Below are positions 20,884 to 34,572 of a stretch of 64,000 bases of DNA, one piece after another. Below the pieces are notes generated by a model, which had not been told where the DNA came from, made no database searches, and saw only the letters and a program-made list of their open reading frames with translations. The stretch is from Tubulanus polymorphus. Lineage: Eukaryota; Animalia; Nemertea. The DNA lies in the NCBI RefSeq assembly GCF_964204645.1, contig NC_134033.1:7882655-7946654 (forward strand). The letters run 5' to 3'. The position numbers and the translations under genes are program-made. The stretch's first letter is position 1. Every line of letters begins with the position of its first letter.

Positions 20884-22220
20884 AAACTTTTTTTTTCAAA
20901 ACGAAAGGTTTTTCGAACAGAATCGTTTTAATTTGAACAGAATTTTCTTGTCAGAACATTAAGTTTTTCGTTCGAACAAGTATATTGTAAAAAGTTTTTT
21001 CTCCGAACCAAAAGTATTAAGTATTTCGTTCAATCGAACAGAATTGTTTTCATTCAAACATTCGTTTCGAAAAAATTGTTTTCGCTTAACCAAATTTTTT
21101 TCCGGGACAAAAAGTTTTTCATTTCAACAATAACATAGCTTTTCATTCTAACACATTTTTTTGTCAGAATGAAGAAAGTTTTGGTAAAAAAAGCGTATTG
21201 TTCAACCAAACTGAAATGTTTTCACTCGAACACGATTTTCTTGACGGAACATTAAGTTTTTTGGTCGAACAGCGTGTTAAGTTCGTTTTGGAAATTTACT
21301 CGGTCTGGTATATTTTGGATTACTGTGTATGTCATTTGTCAGGACATTAAACAGAAGACGACTTAGGATACTACCTTGCGTGACTTTACTAGTTAGACCG
21401 ACTTATTCCAAAATGAGGCGTTCCGTTGATTTCGGCTACAAGTTTTCGTTCAGTGATAACTGCTGAGCCATTTGGGTGACCTATCATTGATACTGTTTCC
21501 TAATAGCCTGTTAAGTAATGGCTGATGTTGTGCCTTATAAGTTGAAGAAACTTTTTTTGTCCAAACGAAAGGTTTTTCGTTCGAACAATCGTTAGATCGA
21601 ACAGAATCATTTTAATTTAAACAGAATGTTCTTGTCAGAACATTAAGTTTTTCGTTCGAACAAGAATATTGTAAACATTTTTTTCTTCGAACCAAAAGTA
21701 TTAAGTATTTCGTTCAATCGAACAGAATTGTTTTCATTCAAACATTCGTTCAAAAAAATTGTTTTCGCTCAACCAAATTTGTTTGCCGTTTTTCATTTTA
21801 ACAATAACATAGCTTTTTATTCGAACACATTTTTTATCAGAATGAAGAAAAGTTTTGGTTCAGACAAAAAGCGAATTAATTGATCAAACAGAATTGTTTT
21901 CATTCGAACAAGATTTTCTTGTCGGAACATTAAGTTTTTTGGTCGAACAGCGTGTGAATGTCGTTTTTGGAAATTTACTTGGTCTGGTATATTTTGGATT
22001 ACTGTGTATGTCATTTGTCAGGACATAAACCGGAAGACGACTTAGGATACTACCTTGCGTGACTCCACTTGTTAGACCGACTTATTCCAAGATGAGGTGT
22101 TCCGTTGATTTCGGCTACAAGTTCTCGTTCAGAGATAACTGCTGAGCCATTTGAGTGACCTATCATTGATACTGTTTCCTAATAGCGTGTTTAGTAATGG
22201 CTGATGTTTTGCCTTATCAA
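20884..22220. repeat. Tandem duplication of a ~665-bp unit rich in TTCGAAC-like sub-repeats
   Basis: ~20884-21540 matches ~21548-22220, e.g. GAAGACGACTTAGGATACTACCTTGCGTGACT occurs in both. Confidence 0.85.
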
Positions 22221-23029
22221 ATGCTTCGTCGAAATCTACCATTGAACAGGATTCTAAGACTGTGCAGAAAACCCGTTATCGCTGAGCTTTGCAGCTATGT
22301 TTCTAACTGTGATTTGAATCGCACGCCCTCGAACTGATTTAGATCCCAAGGCTGATAGAGATATCACTATCCGTAATCCTTCCACCATGACAAACGACCG
22401 TGAGAGGTCTTTTTAGATCCATGCTTAAACCTGTGGCTAACTGAGGATTGAGGTAAAAATCCAAAAAAAACATATCAGTGACGGAGAAGCGACTCCAACA
22501 CCGCCGCCATATTGAAATTTTGAGTAGCGTCATTGAGAAAAGCTAGTAGTTTTCAGCACTAAACGTAGACGATGTTATTCTTCAGATTTTCTATCGAGTA
22601 GCTTGGGAATTTGCCTGCAAGATGTGTCAGGCTCCAAGACTAGTCTCTAACTTAACTGCTTGTTAACAGATTAACATTCTATTTATATTCTAACTATAAA
22701 AGTTGACAGACATGTTTGAGCACACAACTAATTATTAAACAAACTGTTATCACAGGTGTCAAGTTGACAGATGTCTTAATGATTGCAGGAGTAATAATTA
22801 ATTAATGGCGTATAAAAACCATAGCTCGATTGAAAGTTTACATGTATATCATTTTTCCTAAATGTCATTCAATTATTTATTATCTTTATTGCTGCATTTT
22901 TTTACAGAATTTCGAGCACAGAAAAGAAAATACATTATTGTCACATGCATACATACATACATACAAATTAAATTCGGAGTTTACTACTTAGAGTTGATAC
23001 AGCTCGTTTAGTTTCTTCAGAAAAATAGA

Positions 23030-26000
23030 TAAATTACGCAGCACAGTCATGTTTTAAACTAAATAGCTGCGAGAATTTATGAAGATTTGGGTTTTCATAA
23101 AAATATGCTAATTTATATATATATTGTTTACGGAGGTCTTCAAAGAAACTACACTCCAAAACAACATGATACTCGTCACCGATTTTGTTTAGGTTACATC
23201 TGGTACAAATTCGTGCTGCTCTCGGTATATTTACGTATCTGCCTGTTTCTATGGGTAAGGCATGGTTCGAGCATAGGAATTTTATCAGTGTCATTCTCAG
23301 ATTAGGAGTAAGTGAGAGCGAACATGTTTCCATACCCCATTCTGGTTTTATAATGTTGTATCTAGCTTTGACGAATTTTTTAAGTTTTGACGCCAATCCT
23401 GTCTAAATTAATCTTGCAATCTAAGTTTCGTTGATTCCATTAAATAATTAACGTTGGGGAAATTTTGTTCATACGTAGCAAGTAAATTTACCGATTCCTT
23501 TATCATCACCAAGCCTTCCGGCATCAGACCACAATTAGGTTAGTAGCTCGAAGATGCGTAGGGCCGGACCCCAAATAGTACCTAGAGTGAAGAAGAGGTC
23601 CCCCATAAATGTTGCCATAATTTCTGCAAATGGGATAGGTAACGAATTTCGGTTATATGTATGAAATCCATTGATCCTGAGAGACAGATTGATGATGAAA
23701 TAAGGGATTCCCTGGACTTTTTTTGCTTGGAGTAAGGGTACCAAACACGGTGGGGGATTCCCTTAGATATTTGGCTCGGATGTACTGGCATACCTGTACT
23801 GGGATACCCCTCCTTTCTAAAGGTTTGATTATTTCAAAAGTTAGGTTGGGTATGTGGGGCGAAAACCACTTCAATGCGTAGCTAAGATGCTGGCCTATGA
23901 GCCATAAGCAGGATTTCCCCTGAATTTACGCGCTTATATATGAACTAAACTCTCGAATTTCTTGTTTTTACTATAGGATATAGAAGATTTTGGAATAGTG
24001 GTCTGAGCTCTGACAGCCAATACAGCCAAAATAACAAATTTTGAAGTTTTGATGAAATTTCACAAATAATTTTTATCTTATACATCTTTTGCACATATAA
24101 GTCGTCTTGAGGCATTCATTGAGACCTAATTCGCTGATTTTAATCAGTTCCATGGTAGGATTTGGTAATATTTTTGCTTGTAGAAGGCTAGAATCGCAGA
24201 TTTCGGTCAATTTTTAGGCATGAATCGTAAGATATTTTCTCGTAGGAGGCTCGGTCTAGGCTCATAAATTTATTTCATAAAGGCCATCCTTGCCCATGCA
24301 GAATAATCACATTAATTCAGCTTTCTTTGATTAAGTTATCTAGTTTGGCTGACTTTTTGGTGCCAGATACTGTCAGGAATTTAAGGGGTAGGGGAAATGC
24401 ATATTTTCGTTGAAACCATGGCAACCGAAAGGACATTGTCAGAGGCCAGTTGTGATATTTTTCCTAACTAGTACTGGTGACAACTACGCTTGGTATATAA
24501 AATTCGTCCCGGCCGAAGGCCTGTGGACGCAGTAGGGTGCATTCGAATTAGGCCTTCAGCGCAAGAAAACGCCAAATCTAAAGGTTTCAGCCAATTCGAT
24601 GATGAAAATGGCATTTTTTTCAAAAAATGCTTAAAGATTGTGTTTCTGATTTTTATCCATAGCCATATATTTATATCCATCAGTGAAAAAAATCTATCAA
24701 GTATTCAGAAAATGTTGTATAATTGTTTTATTCATATTTTGAAATGAATGTTTGACTTAGATGATATTGATAGAAAACTTGGATTTTGTCGCATACGCGC
24801 GATTTGTGCATTAGCATGTATTTCCATGTGTAATTGGCCGAGAGCTATTGTATTGCGTTGTATAACTAGGGTGTCTCCACTCTTTCTAAAACTGTACAAA
24901 AACTAATGCTATTCTTAAGTTTGGGTACTAGTCAGGCATCAGACCACAATTAGGTTAGTAGCTCGAAGATGCGTAGGGCCGGACCCCAAAAATAGTACCT
25001 AGAGTGAATAAGAGGTCCCCCATAAATGTTGCCATAATTTCTGCAAATGGGATAGGTAACGAATTTCGGTTATATGTATGAAATCCATTGATCCTGAGAG
25101 ACATATTGATGATGAAATAAGGGATTCCCTGGACATTTTTTGCTTGGAGTAAGGGTACCAAACACGGTGGGGGATTCCCTTAGATATTTGGCTCGGATGT
25201 ACTGGCATACCTGTACTGGGATACCCCTCCTTTCTAAAGGTTTGATTATTTCAAAAGTTAGGTTGGGTATGTGGGGCGAAAACCACTTCAATGCGTAGCT
25301 AAGATGCTGGCCTATGAGCCATAAGCAGGATTTCCCCTGAATTTACGCGCTTATATATGAACTAAACTCTCGAATTTCTTGTTTTTACTATAGGATATAG
25401 AAGATTTTGGAATAGTGGTCTGAGCTCTTCCGTTTTGCGATAAAGACATTATGAGCTTTACAAAAATCCAATAATCTATAACCCCAATTATTAATATCTT
25501 TATCGCTGTTTACACGTTTTAACAAGTTATTGTAAAAAAAGGCTATCTACACATATGCGACTCTCGGCAAAAATATCATCTATACCTAATAATTCAAAAA
25601 GTTCGTTTCATATGGTACAAAATCTGGTAATTCTCTAGTATAAGAATTTAAGTCGCCATTAATGCATACGTATGCATTATTATTGTTTGATATCCTAATC
25701 ATTTCGGCATCAAAAAGGTCAATTTTACCGTACCGTGTCGTATCTGGTGGGATATAGATACCACCAATAATTAAATTTTTATCCCATGCTAGCAAATCTT
25801 TACCTACTTCTATCCATTGGACACAGCTAGAACTTTTTTCAAAAGTTTTTATGTATTTAGATATGGATTCTCTGAAAGCTATCAAAATTTCACCAGATTT
25901 TCTTAAGGCTAATCTAAATCTATTGTTAAAAACAGTTTGATAACCTAACGAGTGAAAGTATTGTTTCGCCCATAATATATCGGAGTCATCGAGTTTTGTC

Positions 26001-27150
26001 TCGGTAAACACAAGAATATCTGCTGATTTACACACATAGCCTCTGAGGTTACTTGGTCTGAGTCCATTTCAATAGTGAAACGCGCGCTTTGTAACGCTTC
26101 ACTGACATTAACCGGTTCATCAGATGACAATACTCACGGTCGTTTCAGATCGGGTTTTTTGAGGTGCATACGTTTTTTGCGGTTGGTTCGACCTACGGCT
26201 ACGACTTGGCGCCAACGTAGACTGTTTCTCTCCCGAGCTCACCGGATGGTTACCACGGAAGGTAAAAACCTCAGTCGAGGGTTTCGTTGTCTGAGAATCT
26301 GTGGGTGTCCTGTGCGGGTGGTCCTTTTTCGGTTGATTTTGAAATTCACTCCCATCATCACCTTCATACAATTTCGAGTTGACAAACAGATTGCCCTGCA
26401 AATTAAAATAGGCTTTGTTTCCAGCTTTTATCGCTAGTTTTTTTATTGGCAGTTTTTTCACGGATTTTCACGGTTTCCGGGTTGTGATCTTCGCTGATCG
26501 AGATTTTGGTGCTCTTGAGTTTGAACGCTTTCCGTCTTACGCGCTCTCTGTCAGAGTACAAAACAAAACGCACGATAATTGGTTTATTTGCTGCTTTACT
26601 TCTATTAAGTCGGTGTACTCTCTGAAACTCTCCTCTGCGTCGTCGATCTCTAAAGTTTCTTTAATTACTCTGCGAACTATTTCACCATCATGTTCAGTTA
26701 TACCGTAAAAGATTAGGTTTTCTCTTCGATCATAGTTTTCTAGCGATTCGATGCGCTCTGTTGCTCTTTGGGCCAGTTTGGAAACATCGTTAATTAGTTT
26801 TAACGACGAATTAACATCCCTCCGAATTAGATTTTGCTCGTTGCGCATGTTCACAATCGAATTTTTATTCCTTTTCGTTTCTGCTTCCATACTATTTACG
26901 CGGAAGTTTAAGGCGTTAAGGGAGACTGACATTTTGTCAACTTTATCTTCAACCTCGGGCAGGACACTAACTTTCTGCAGTACTTCCTGTAATAAATTTT
27001 CGATATTACTGCATTTGTACACCCGTTACACGTTTCGGGTTTTTCACTGTCCTGCAAGTTGTCATCTCTACTCGAGGTGGCTCGATCTGGAATTGTGCGA
27101 TCGGTACGTATGTTTCCGTCTAACAATCTGTCGAATAAAACACGCTGCAA
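23030..27150 (-). pseudogene. Internally deleted LINE: ORF1 (coiled coil), endonuclease and 3' zinc-knuckle region, split by the 23521-25426 insertion
   Basis: ORF1 LENYDRRENLIFYGI; EN motifs TETKL, GIYIPP, GDLNS, LLDFCKAHNVFIA-NGR-LGDDKGIGKFTC across the insertion; 3' LPIETGRY..R.C..C...GDEYH...EC. Confidence 0.85.
23521..25426. mobile_element. Non-coding element with ~490-bp long terminal direct repeats and a 6-bp TSD (CTTCCG)
   Basis: DR1 23521-24009 and DR2 24936-25426 are nearly identical; CTTCCG at 23515-23520 and 25427-25432; removal restores the LINE endonuclease sequence. Confidence 0.88.
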
Positions 27151-27402
27151 TTCTCAATCATTGTTGCGTGACGGATCAAACGAGTCAGGTGTTCGTATTC
27201 CTACTATGGATTCGACTATATATTACAGTATATACCACAGGAAAATGGCGGGTTTAATATTCCAAAATTTCCGGCGTGATTTTTGCTAATATAGATCTGA
27301 GAGTTTCCCTGCGGATAAGCACGGCGATTTTGATTTTAATGTGATCTAACTAATTTACACTGGCTTCTGACATGTGATAATAAGCCTTTCGGACGTAGAT
27401 TA

Positions 27403-27937
27403 GGGGCCGTGCATAAAGTACGTACGTCCGTAGAGGGGGTGGGGGGTTCTTAAAATCTGTACAAAAGCGTACAGGGGGAGGGGAGGGGTCAGCTAAAAAC
27501 GTACATACTTTCCAAGGGAGGAGGGTTAATATTAATAGTACGTACTTTGTGCACGAAACATATGTCTGTGGGTAAACCTGTCTTCCTTTAATGTATAGCA
27601 AACACTGCCTTAATTGCGAAACCGGTCTCCCTGGGTTTGTTGCATTCAATATATTATATATTATATTTGGATCTCGGGAATTCCCCACTTTCAGTCTTTC
27701 ATTTCGTCGCCATGTAAGATCGTTGATCAACGTCAGCAGGAACTCTGTTGAATAAGGGTGGATTTTGCCTTCTTTAAACAATTATTCCTGAAAATTCTGT
27801 TTTACTGGGGGGGGGGGTTACCCCTAAAAGTATGTACGCAAGGGGGGATTATAAAAAAACGTACAATGAGCGTACAAGGGGGGGAGGGGGGTTAAAAATA
27901 CCCGGAAGTCAAGCGTACGTACTTTATGCACGGCCCC
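27403..27937. mobile_element. PIF/Harbinger-type MITE
   Basis: TIR GGGGCCGTGCATAAAGTACGTACG; TTA target duplication on both sides. Confidence 0.85.
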
Positions 27938-28875
27938 TTACCGTGTTTATGACAATATCCAGCAGAGCTCCACAACGTTAAAACTCTCCAACCGTCACCA
28001 TTTTGTATATCCTCAATCAATGCATTCATTGCGGTCATCGCTTTCAATAGCCACCACGGACTGGCTACTTAGTATCTCTTTGGCGATACGTTTGGCGGAC
28101 GATCCCACATTTCTTGCTCGAGCCCTAGAATATTCGCCATGAACCCCGATTAGAATTTAGATTCAAAATGCTCCTAAAAATACACCTGTTTACTGGATTA
28201 CTCTAAAGCGCCTTTATGTGCAAGAATCAGTGAAATTGGCGCTTTATCAGCTGTATTCACCATTCTTACCCACGAATCTCGTATCGTACGTATCTCGTCA
28301 TTGGTTCCCGGTCTAAGCTTTACGCTTGATTCGCGGTCGAATCAGATGGAAGGAGGTGCTGCCCCTATCATATGCCCGGCATATGATACAGATTTGAGCT
28401 ATGATTATATAATCATTAGTGCATGTAACGCAGAATTCCTCTTCAGTTTTAGATAGACTAGAGTGTAGCCAACTATCCCATAGCTGACCATATATAGTTA
28501 CACAGTCACAGCATAAGTTTACCTCTTCAGTTCCTAACCATCAGACTCTCCTGGGAGAGGCCTAAGATCTAGTCGCTCCTCATCATTCTTATTTGAAATT
28601 ATCGTAGTTTCCCTGGTGGACAGACGAAATAGACCCACAAAACGAGAGAACGAACAAACAGCGTTGTTTACAAGCACAGAACAGAGCAGCACTGCTGAAA
28701 ATTTTATTTTACAAATATATATGTACCCAAAGATAATCAGGCGTGAAAACGCCTATTTGTATTGCAGGATTATCTGACAGACTATTTTCAATACAATCAT
28801 TCAGTTTAAATACATTCTAGACATTCTAAACATTCTATACACTCTGTAGTCATAGTAACAATTTAACCTTCGACA

Positions 28876-29790
28876 TCCTCCCGCCCGACAAGAAGACGTA
28901 ATTACGATTTTCTGCTTTAATTTTTAATTAACTTTTAACTTTTAATTTTTTAACACGAATAGCAGTAGCACAAGGGATGACAACCTTTCTTTTTCCAAAT
29001 CTATTTCACTTTTAATTTCCAAAGTATTAATTGGCCGTGTCGTACGCCCCCTAGCAGTTCGAATATGAGCCGAACGAACTCTGCCATCATTCCCGCGCTC
29101 CAATCGTTCAACAACTGCTATTTTCCAGCTGACCCTAGGTTCTTCGGCATAAAGTTGAACCACATCACCGACCTTGATAATTTCGTCATTCTTGCCTGGC
29201 GTCAGGTGTCGTTCTCTCAAAGCTGTGAGATATTCGTGGTGCCATCTTGACCAAAACTGAGAAATAAGTTGAGCACGACGTGTGATACGCTGGTTTAATT
29301 CGGTTTACCGAAATTCGGATCATTAACAGATTCTTCATCCACTATGGGATGCGGTAAGGTGGTTAACCTTCTTCCGTGTAACAGATGAGCAGGAAGGAGT
29401 CAATGGTTTACAATCTACAATACTTGAAGAAACATGTGTTAAAGGACGATCGTTTAAAATTGACTTACAATCGATAACGAGCGTTCGCATTTCTTCAAAA
29501 TTAACTAGAGCGCGACCGAAGACTTAACCATACCGGTCAATCTCTCCAAAAATCCCCCGTGGGGCTCGTTTTGGAATGAAACGCCATTTACGTGGCGTAA
29601 AGCCATTGATTCTTTTATTTGAGGATCTTTGAATAATGAGGTAGTTCGTCCGAGGCGCACACAAAATTTGACGCATTGTCACTAATCAAGGTTCTAGGCA
29701 AGCTGCGACGTGCTGAGAACCTACGAAGTGCTTGTAGGAAAGAATCCGTACTTAATTCTCAAAACAAACATAGAATATGTATATGTTGTT
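28876..29790 (-). pseudogene. BEL/Pao LTR retrotransposon integrase 3' fragment with PPT; 3' LTR begins at 28875
   Basis: F..RRSLP...ISDNASNF, LNDRPLT, FWSRWHHEY..LRE, KVGDVV, G.DGRVRSA.IRT..G...RP; GGGCGGGAGGA followed by TGTCG on the minus strand. Confidence 0.85.
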
Positions 29791-32285
29791 TCTCTCGAGG
29801 ATACCGTTCGATTACATCATTTGCAGGTGGCCAACACTAAAACAATGGGCCCAGTCTAAAGCCCAACTTTTTTGATAATATTACGAATAATTATCTAAAA
29901 AAGGTTATGAGTAGGTAGGCCTACATGACATCGAAACAAACAACAGTTGTAACATATTACGACAGAGACAAACTAGTCTCCAGAGGACAACAAGCATAGC
30001 ATTTATATGCGGGTATTTGAAGATTAAATAACAATATTGAATGTACATGTAGATAATTAAGTTATTACAAGAATTATAAGTGAATTCAGTTTTGTTACAT
30101 ATACTGAAGTACAGGACCCGAATTCAGCTTTGTTACGTATACTGAAGTACAGGACCCATTACCACAGTTGTGAATGTATTCTAATCGATCTAAAATTTGA
30201 GTTGATTCTTCAGTTAAATCTTAACTCACAATTTAGGAACTGGGTCTAGGGTGTTTAGATAAATATATCGTTAACACGTCGATACGCTGAGGTTTAGCGA
30301 AATTGATTTAGGTTATTTTATCATCCTCGTATTATAACTTTGAACCTGATTTCGATTGAAGTATGGTACGGCATATACGCGCAATCAAATTGCTCTGTGT
30401 CACCAACCAGTTAGTTATACGTTCAGTGAAATTTAGACGTATATATAACATCCCATTTTTAGAAAGCTCTCGATCGAAATTCCGTCTGCTTCTCCTTCAA
30501 TCATCGTATCAAAAACTATAAGCAGAGTTTTGTCAACGGGTGTAAAGGTGTTCCGGGCATCGTGCATAGAAATACGCAATATACACTACTAGACATGTTC
30601 TTGATTTCCTCGATTTGTTGAATTGATGTTAATACCTCCGTACTTGCATACTACTTGTATGTAACTGAAACAGTGCGTTAAACGATTATTCCGATACGCT
30701 GCTGATAGAAATAAGAAAATCAAATCTAGACGACTGGTGAGTTCGAGACTGCAAATTGATACCACATAAAAGAAGTATTCAGATGCACAATAGAATTTAG
30801 ATTAGGAGAACGTTCTTGCACTTAGTGCACCCGTAATTTAACAACGTAATGATAATGAAACTTAAATTTCATATTAATCTGCAATGGACCCAGTTAGATC
30901 CAATCACGCCCAAGCTGAAACTCCAAATTACTGATGTAAAACGAAAATCATACGTTGCATGTTTATAGCGAGATAATGAGAATGTATGATATTTCGAGTG
31001 GCATTGACAGGAACATACGGAGTTGTAATATCACCAGTTTCTCCATGAGTAATGTTATATATCTGGAAACCAATCATATCATATTTCGAATGGCCATCCA
31101 TTGCGATTGATTAAATCGACTCTTGTCGCTTCCTGGGTAGGTATATATATCACGAATCTATGAGTCAGGGTAAAGCTGTAGGCCTACTGTCCGGTCTGAG
31201 ATTTTCTCCACACAACCAATTCATCGAATCTAGAAGTTTGCAACATGTCTATAATAAGAAAATACCATTGCATCCGAAACGTACCGGTATCAGTAGAAAC
31301 AATATGATTTTTAACCGACGGCTGCTCAATTAGTCCATTCTGACGGTAACCTCTAACGGGATGGCCTTTACGAAAAAAGCAAATACTCGGCATGATATCG
31401 CAAATCAGTTGTGAGTATCACCGGTTCCAAGCGATAGAAAATTCAATTCAAAACACACTAAAATCAAATGAATAATCACGAATCGGATCAAAACTGTGAA
31501 ATTTTTTAATACGCTGAGTCGGTAATGCTCGATCCAGTGGATGCCAGTGTTCAGTACCGGTAGTCAACGGGGTCTATTGAACACTTCCACGGGATCAGTA
31601 GATCCCCATACTCGAGGTCAGTCGAACACCAACTCGCAGTCAGTTGATACCCATATTTGAAGGTTGCGATCGACACTTTTTTATTTCAAAATATGACGTA
31701 TACCCGAAGAGCGAGCCCCGAAGAGAGGCCTCCCCCAAGATAATTCTTTTAAATGCTCAGAAAGTGACACATTTTTGAAAGTTTTCTTGGGGAAGGGTCC
31801 CAAAATCCCCCCGACCAAATCCCCCAAGAAAATTGTTTTTATAGGTATTATCATCTGAACATTAGGGTCATACTTATACAAGTTCGCTATACGTTAATGT
31901 TACCCTGGCCCTCCTAAATCCGCCCTAAACGCAATCATGCACGCGTAGCGGGAGTCATGAGCAGGTCTTCTCTGCACTGAATTTCTTAGTGCATTATTGA
32001 CCTTAGGTTCCGTGCTTTGTAAATAACACGACAATTCACCGGTCCGGTAATTTCGTGTATTCATAAAGAATAACAAGATCTGGCATAGTTCGGTCCCATA
32101 CTTTAGGTCAGTGCATATGTATATCTCGCACAGATGAATCACGGTAAGTCTTACGCCTTTTAAAACGCCTATTTTACTGTGCATGCCAAAGACTATTTCA
32201 ATGATGTTCCACAGTTCTGAGTTGAAAATGAACTAATACAGTAGAACTGGGCCAGTCAGAAACTTTCTTAATTTATATTTTCAAG

Positions 32286-33358
32286 TTCGGAAATCTGTTA
32301 GACGGTGCACTTCATTGACAGTGGTGGTTATTTTCATCTGTGGGTCGTTATCAACATGTTTTTTCCTGTTCAAACGGAGAAGCTTCAGTACGAACCACAA
32401 TCACGTCAACGGAAAGATAGTGGTACCACCGGTTCTCAAAGATATGCCTATTCCACCGGTATACTACGGCGATTTCGCAGCTGTTATTGAATATTTACAT
32501 AGGCAAAGTTATGTTACGCCACGAAATTGCTCGGCAACTATAACAAAAATCATTCATCAAACCTGGAAAGATGAGATGATTCCTCTGAAATTCAAAAACT
32601 CAGTAAATTCTGTCATAACTAATCATCCAGATTGGGAATACTGGTTCTGGACTGACGCTGTCGCCGAGGATTTCATGCGCAAGCGATTCCCTAGTTACAT
32701 TCAGCTTTATAGAAATTACCCTAAATCAATTAATCGCGCAAATGTAATTCGATACTTTATTCTTTACGAGTTTGGAGGAGTGTTTGCTGATTTGAATATC
32801 ATGTCGTTGCGCCCTTTGGATAACCTTATGAAATTTCACACTTTTATTATTCCCGAGGAGCACCCTTTCCATACTGATATAGTGTTCGGTTTTAATAGAA
32901 TCCCATTAATTGCTTTAATGATGTCCATTCCGAAACATCCGATTCTTAGGTCGGTTATACGCCGATTACCGGAATATGCGAGTAAACGAAATAGTTTATA
33001 TACGGCAGGACCAATGATGTTTGATTTGGAATTGACAAACTACGAAAATGCGATGGCCGGGAAAAGTATCTATTCGTTGTGTGAGGCCGTGTATATGGGC
33101 AAGTGGCAAGATTTCATACCGCAGTTTTTAGACGATCATCTGACAATTGATATTCTAAAGCGAACGTGCTGGAGAAAAGGTGGAAATCCAAAGAAGATAA
33201 AACACTGTACTCATTTAGAAGCACGGAAATATAAGCAACTCCCGATACCGAGTACTGCATATACAAAAATAATTGGACAATCCAAGGAAGGAAATGATGT
33301 GTTTCAAATACGTGATATTGCTGGAATACTGTTTAAAAATATCACTGCTTTCTTATGA
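32286..33358 (+). CDS. Glycosyltransferase family 32 (OCH1/SUR1-like) type II membrane protein; single long exon, start codon probably in an upstream exon
   Basis: Signal anchor, KIIHQTWK, HPDWEYWFWTD, RANVIRYFILYEFGGVFADLN, P.HP, TAGP; candidate acceptor TTTTCAAG ending at 32285. Confidence 0.85.
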
Positions 33359-33959
33359 GATATGGGAAGTAAAACTCAAGAAACTTTATAGGCTCCAATA
33401 ATTTTACAGTACTCTAAATGGACAAATATTTCAAGCTAAAAGTTATTTGTGAGTCTTGCTAAATCAATTGAACATTTCATCATTTTACATAATCTGTACA
33501 TTCAAATATTGTATAGACCTAATTTTGAGGTGTATTTTGGTGTTTAAAGCGTGCGCGCCAAGCTTATAGGGGAACTACAGTGAAAAAAGTTTTATATCTA
33601 TATGTGTTAGAAACCTTTATTAATACATTTTCACAACAACAGAAAAACATTTCATCCAATATTTTATCAAAAAATAGGGTTTTGTAGAGTGCCTGGCCGC
33701 CCCCAATTTCTTCACGTAGCAGACGCTCTCTCAGCAGTGACGTAGAACTTTGCAGCCCAGCAGGAGTATTTTAATCACAATTTGAAAAAAACCTGTGAGT
33801 AATCGTCATTTAAATGAAACGCCACAACCAACTACCAGGTGTTAAGAAAAGTTGTAATGTTACAATAGAAACACCTCAACAGGATTTACCACAGTTTTCA
33901 AACGATAAGAAAACTCCTAATGAGATTTTTTTGGGTTCGAATATTGTGTCAATTAACCA

Positions 33960-34572
33960 TAATAGTGGTTTCAATTGCGTATTACTTAAGACTGCTAAGG
34001 GCAACAGTCAAATCATCTGAAAATACAATTGAAGATGTAGGTGTATTGTAAGATGACGGATCACAAAGATCTCTCATCACAGAGCATCTTGCGAAAGTAT
34101 TAAAATTAGTTCCTTTTAAGAAGGAAAATTTGAATTTGTCAGGATTTGGTGCCAAAGGCCCAGGTTATCGGATAATAGATGTACATGTAGTACGTTTAAG
34201 CCTGGTTTCTAATCATGGAAATCTCATCGAACTTGATACATTAGTTGTACCCACGATTACTAAACCCTTAGCAGTACTAATTAATGTCTTGTATTTCGAA
34301 AATTCCTGAGTTCAAGAATTTAGAACTTGCACATTCCATCGAAATGGAAAACAACTCACATACTGTTTCATTGCTTATCGGTGTATATTTTTATTACACA
34401 TTCGTGAACTGTTCGGATAACATTCAATTCAGTGTTGGGCCTAGGTAGCGGTGAAAACTAAGCTAGGGTTCGTGAATTGCGACGCACAACATTTGGTATC
34501 TCTAAGATGAAATCAACCCTGTATTATTACAGTCGCTACTCCGTGGTACGACATTTCTCCAAAAAATTTGGA
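33960..34572 (+). pseudogene. BEL/Pao aspartic protease region fragment
   Basis: VLLKTA, DDGSQRSLITE.LAK.L.L, LNLSGFG, LLIG, AVKTKLGF with stops and frameshifts. Confidence 0.75.

Noticed and set aside
23535-25291. Duplicated short ORFs in the direct repeats
   Set aside because: Overlapping in three frames, no motifs, simply by-products of the repeat
29800-32280. Possible upstream exons of the glycosyltransferase
   Set aside because: Several GT/AG candidates but none can be supported without transcript data
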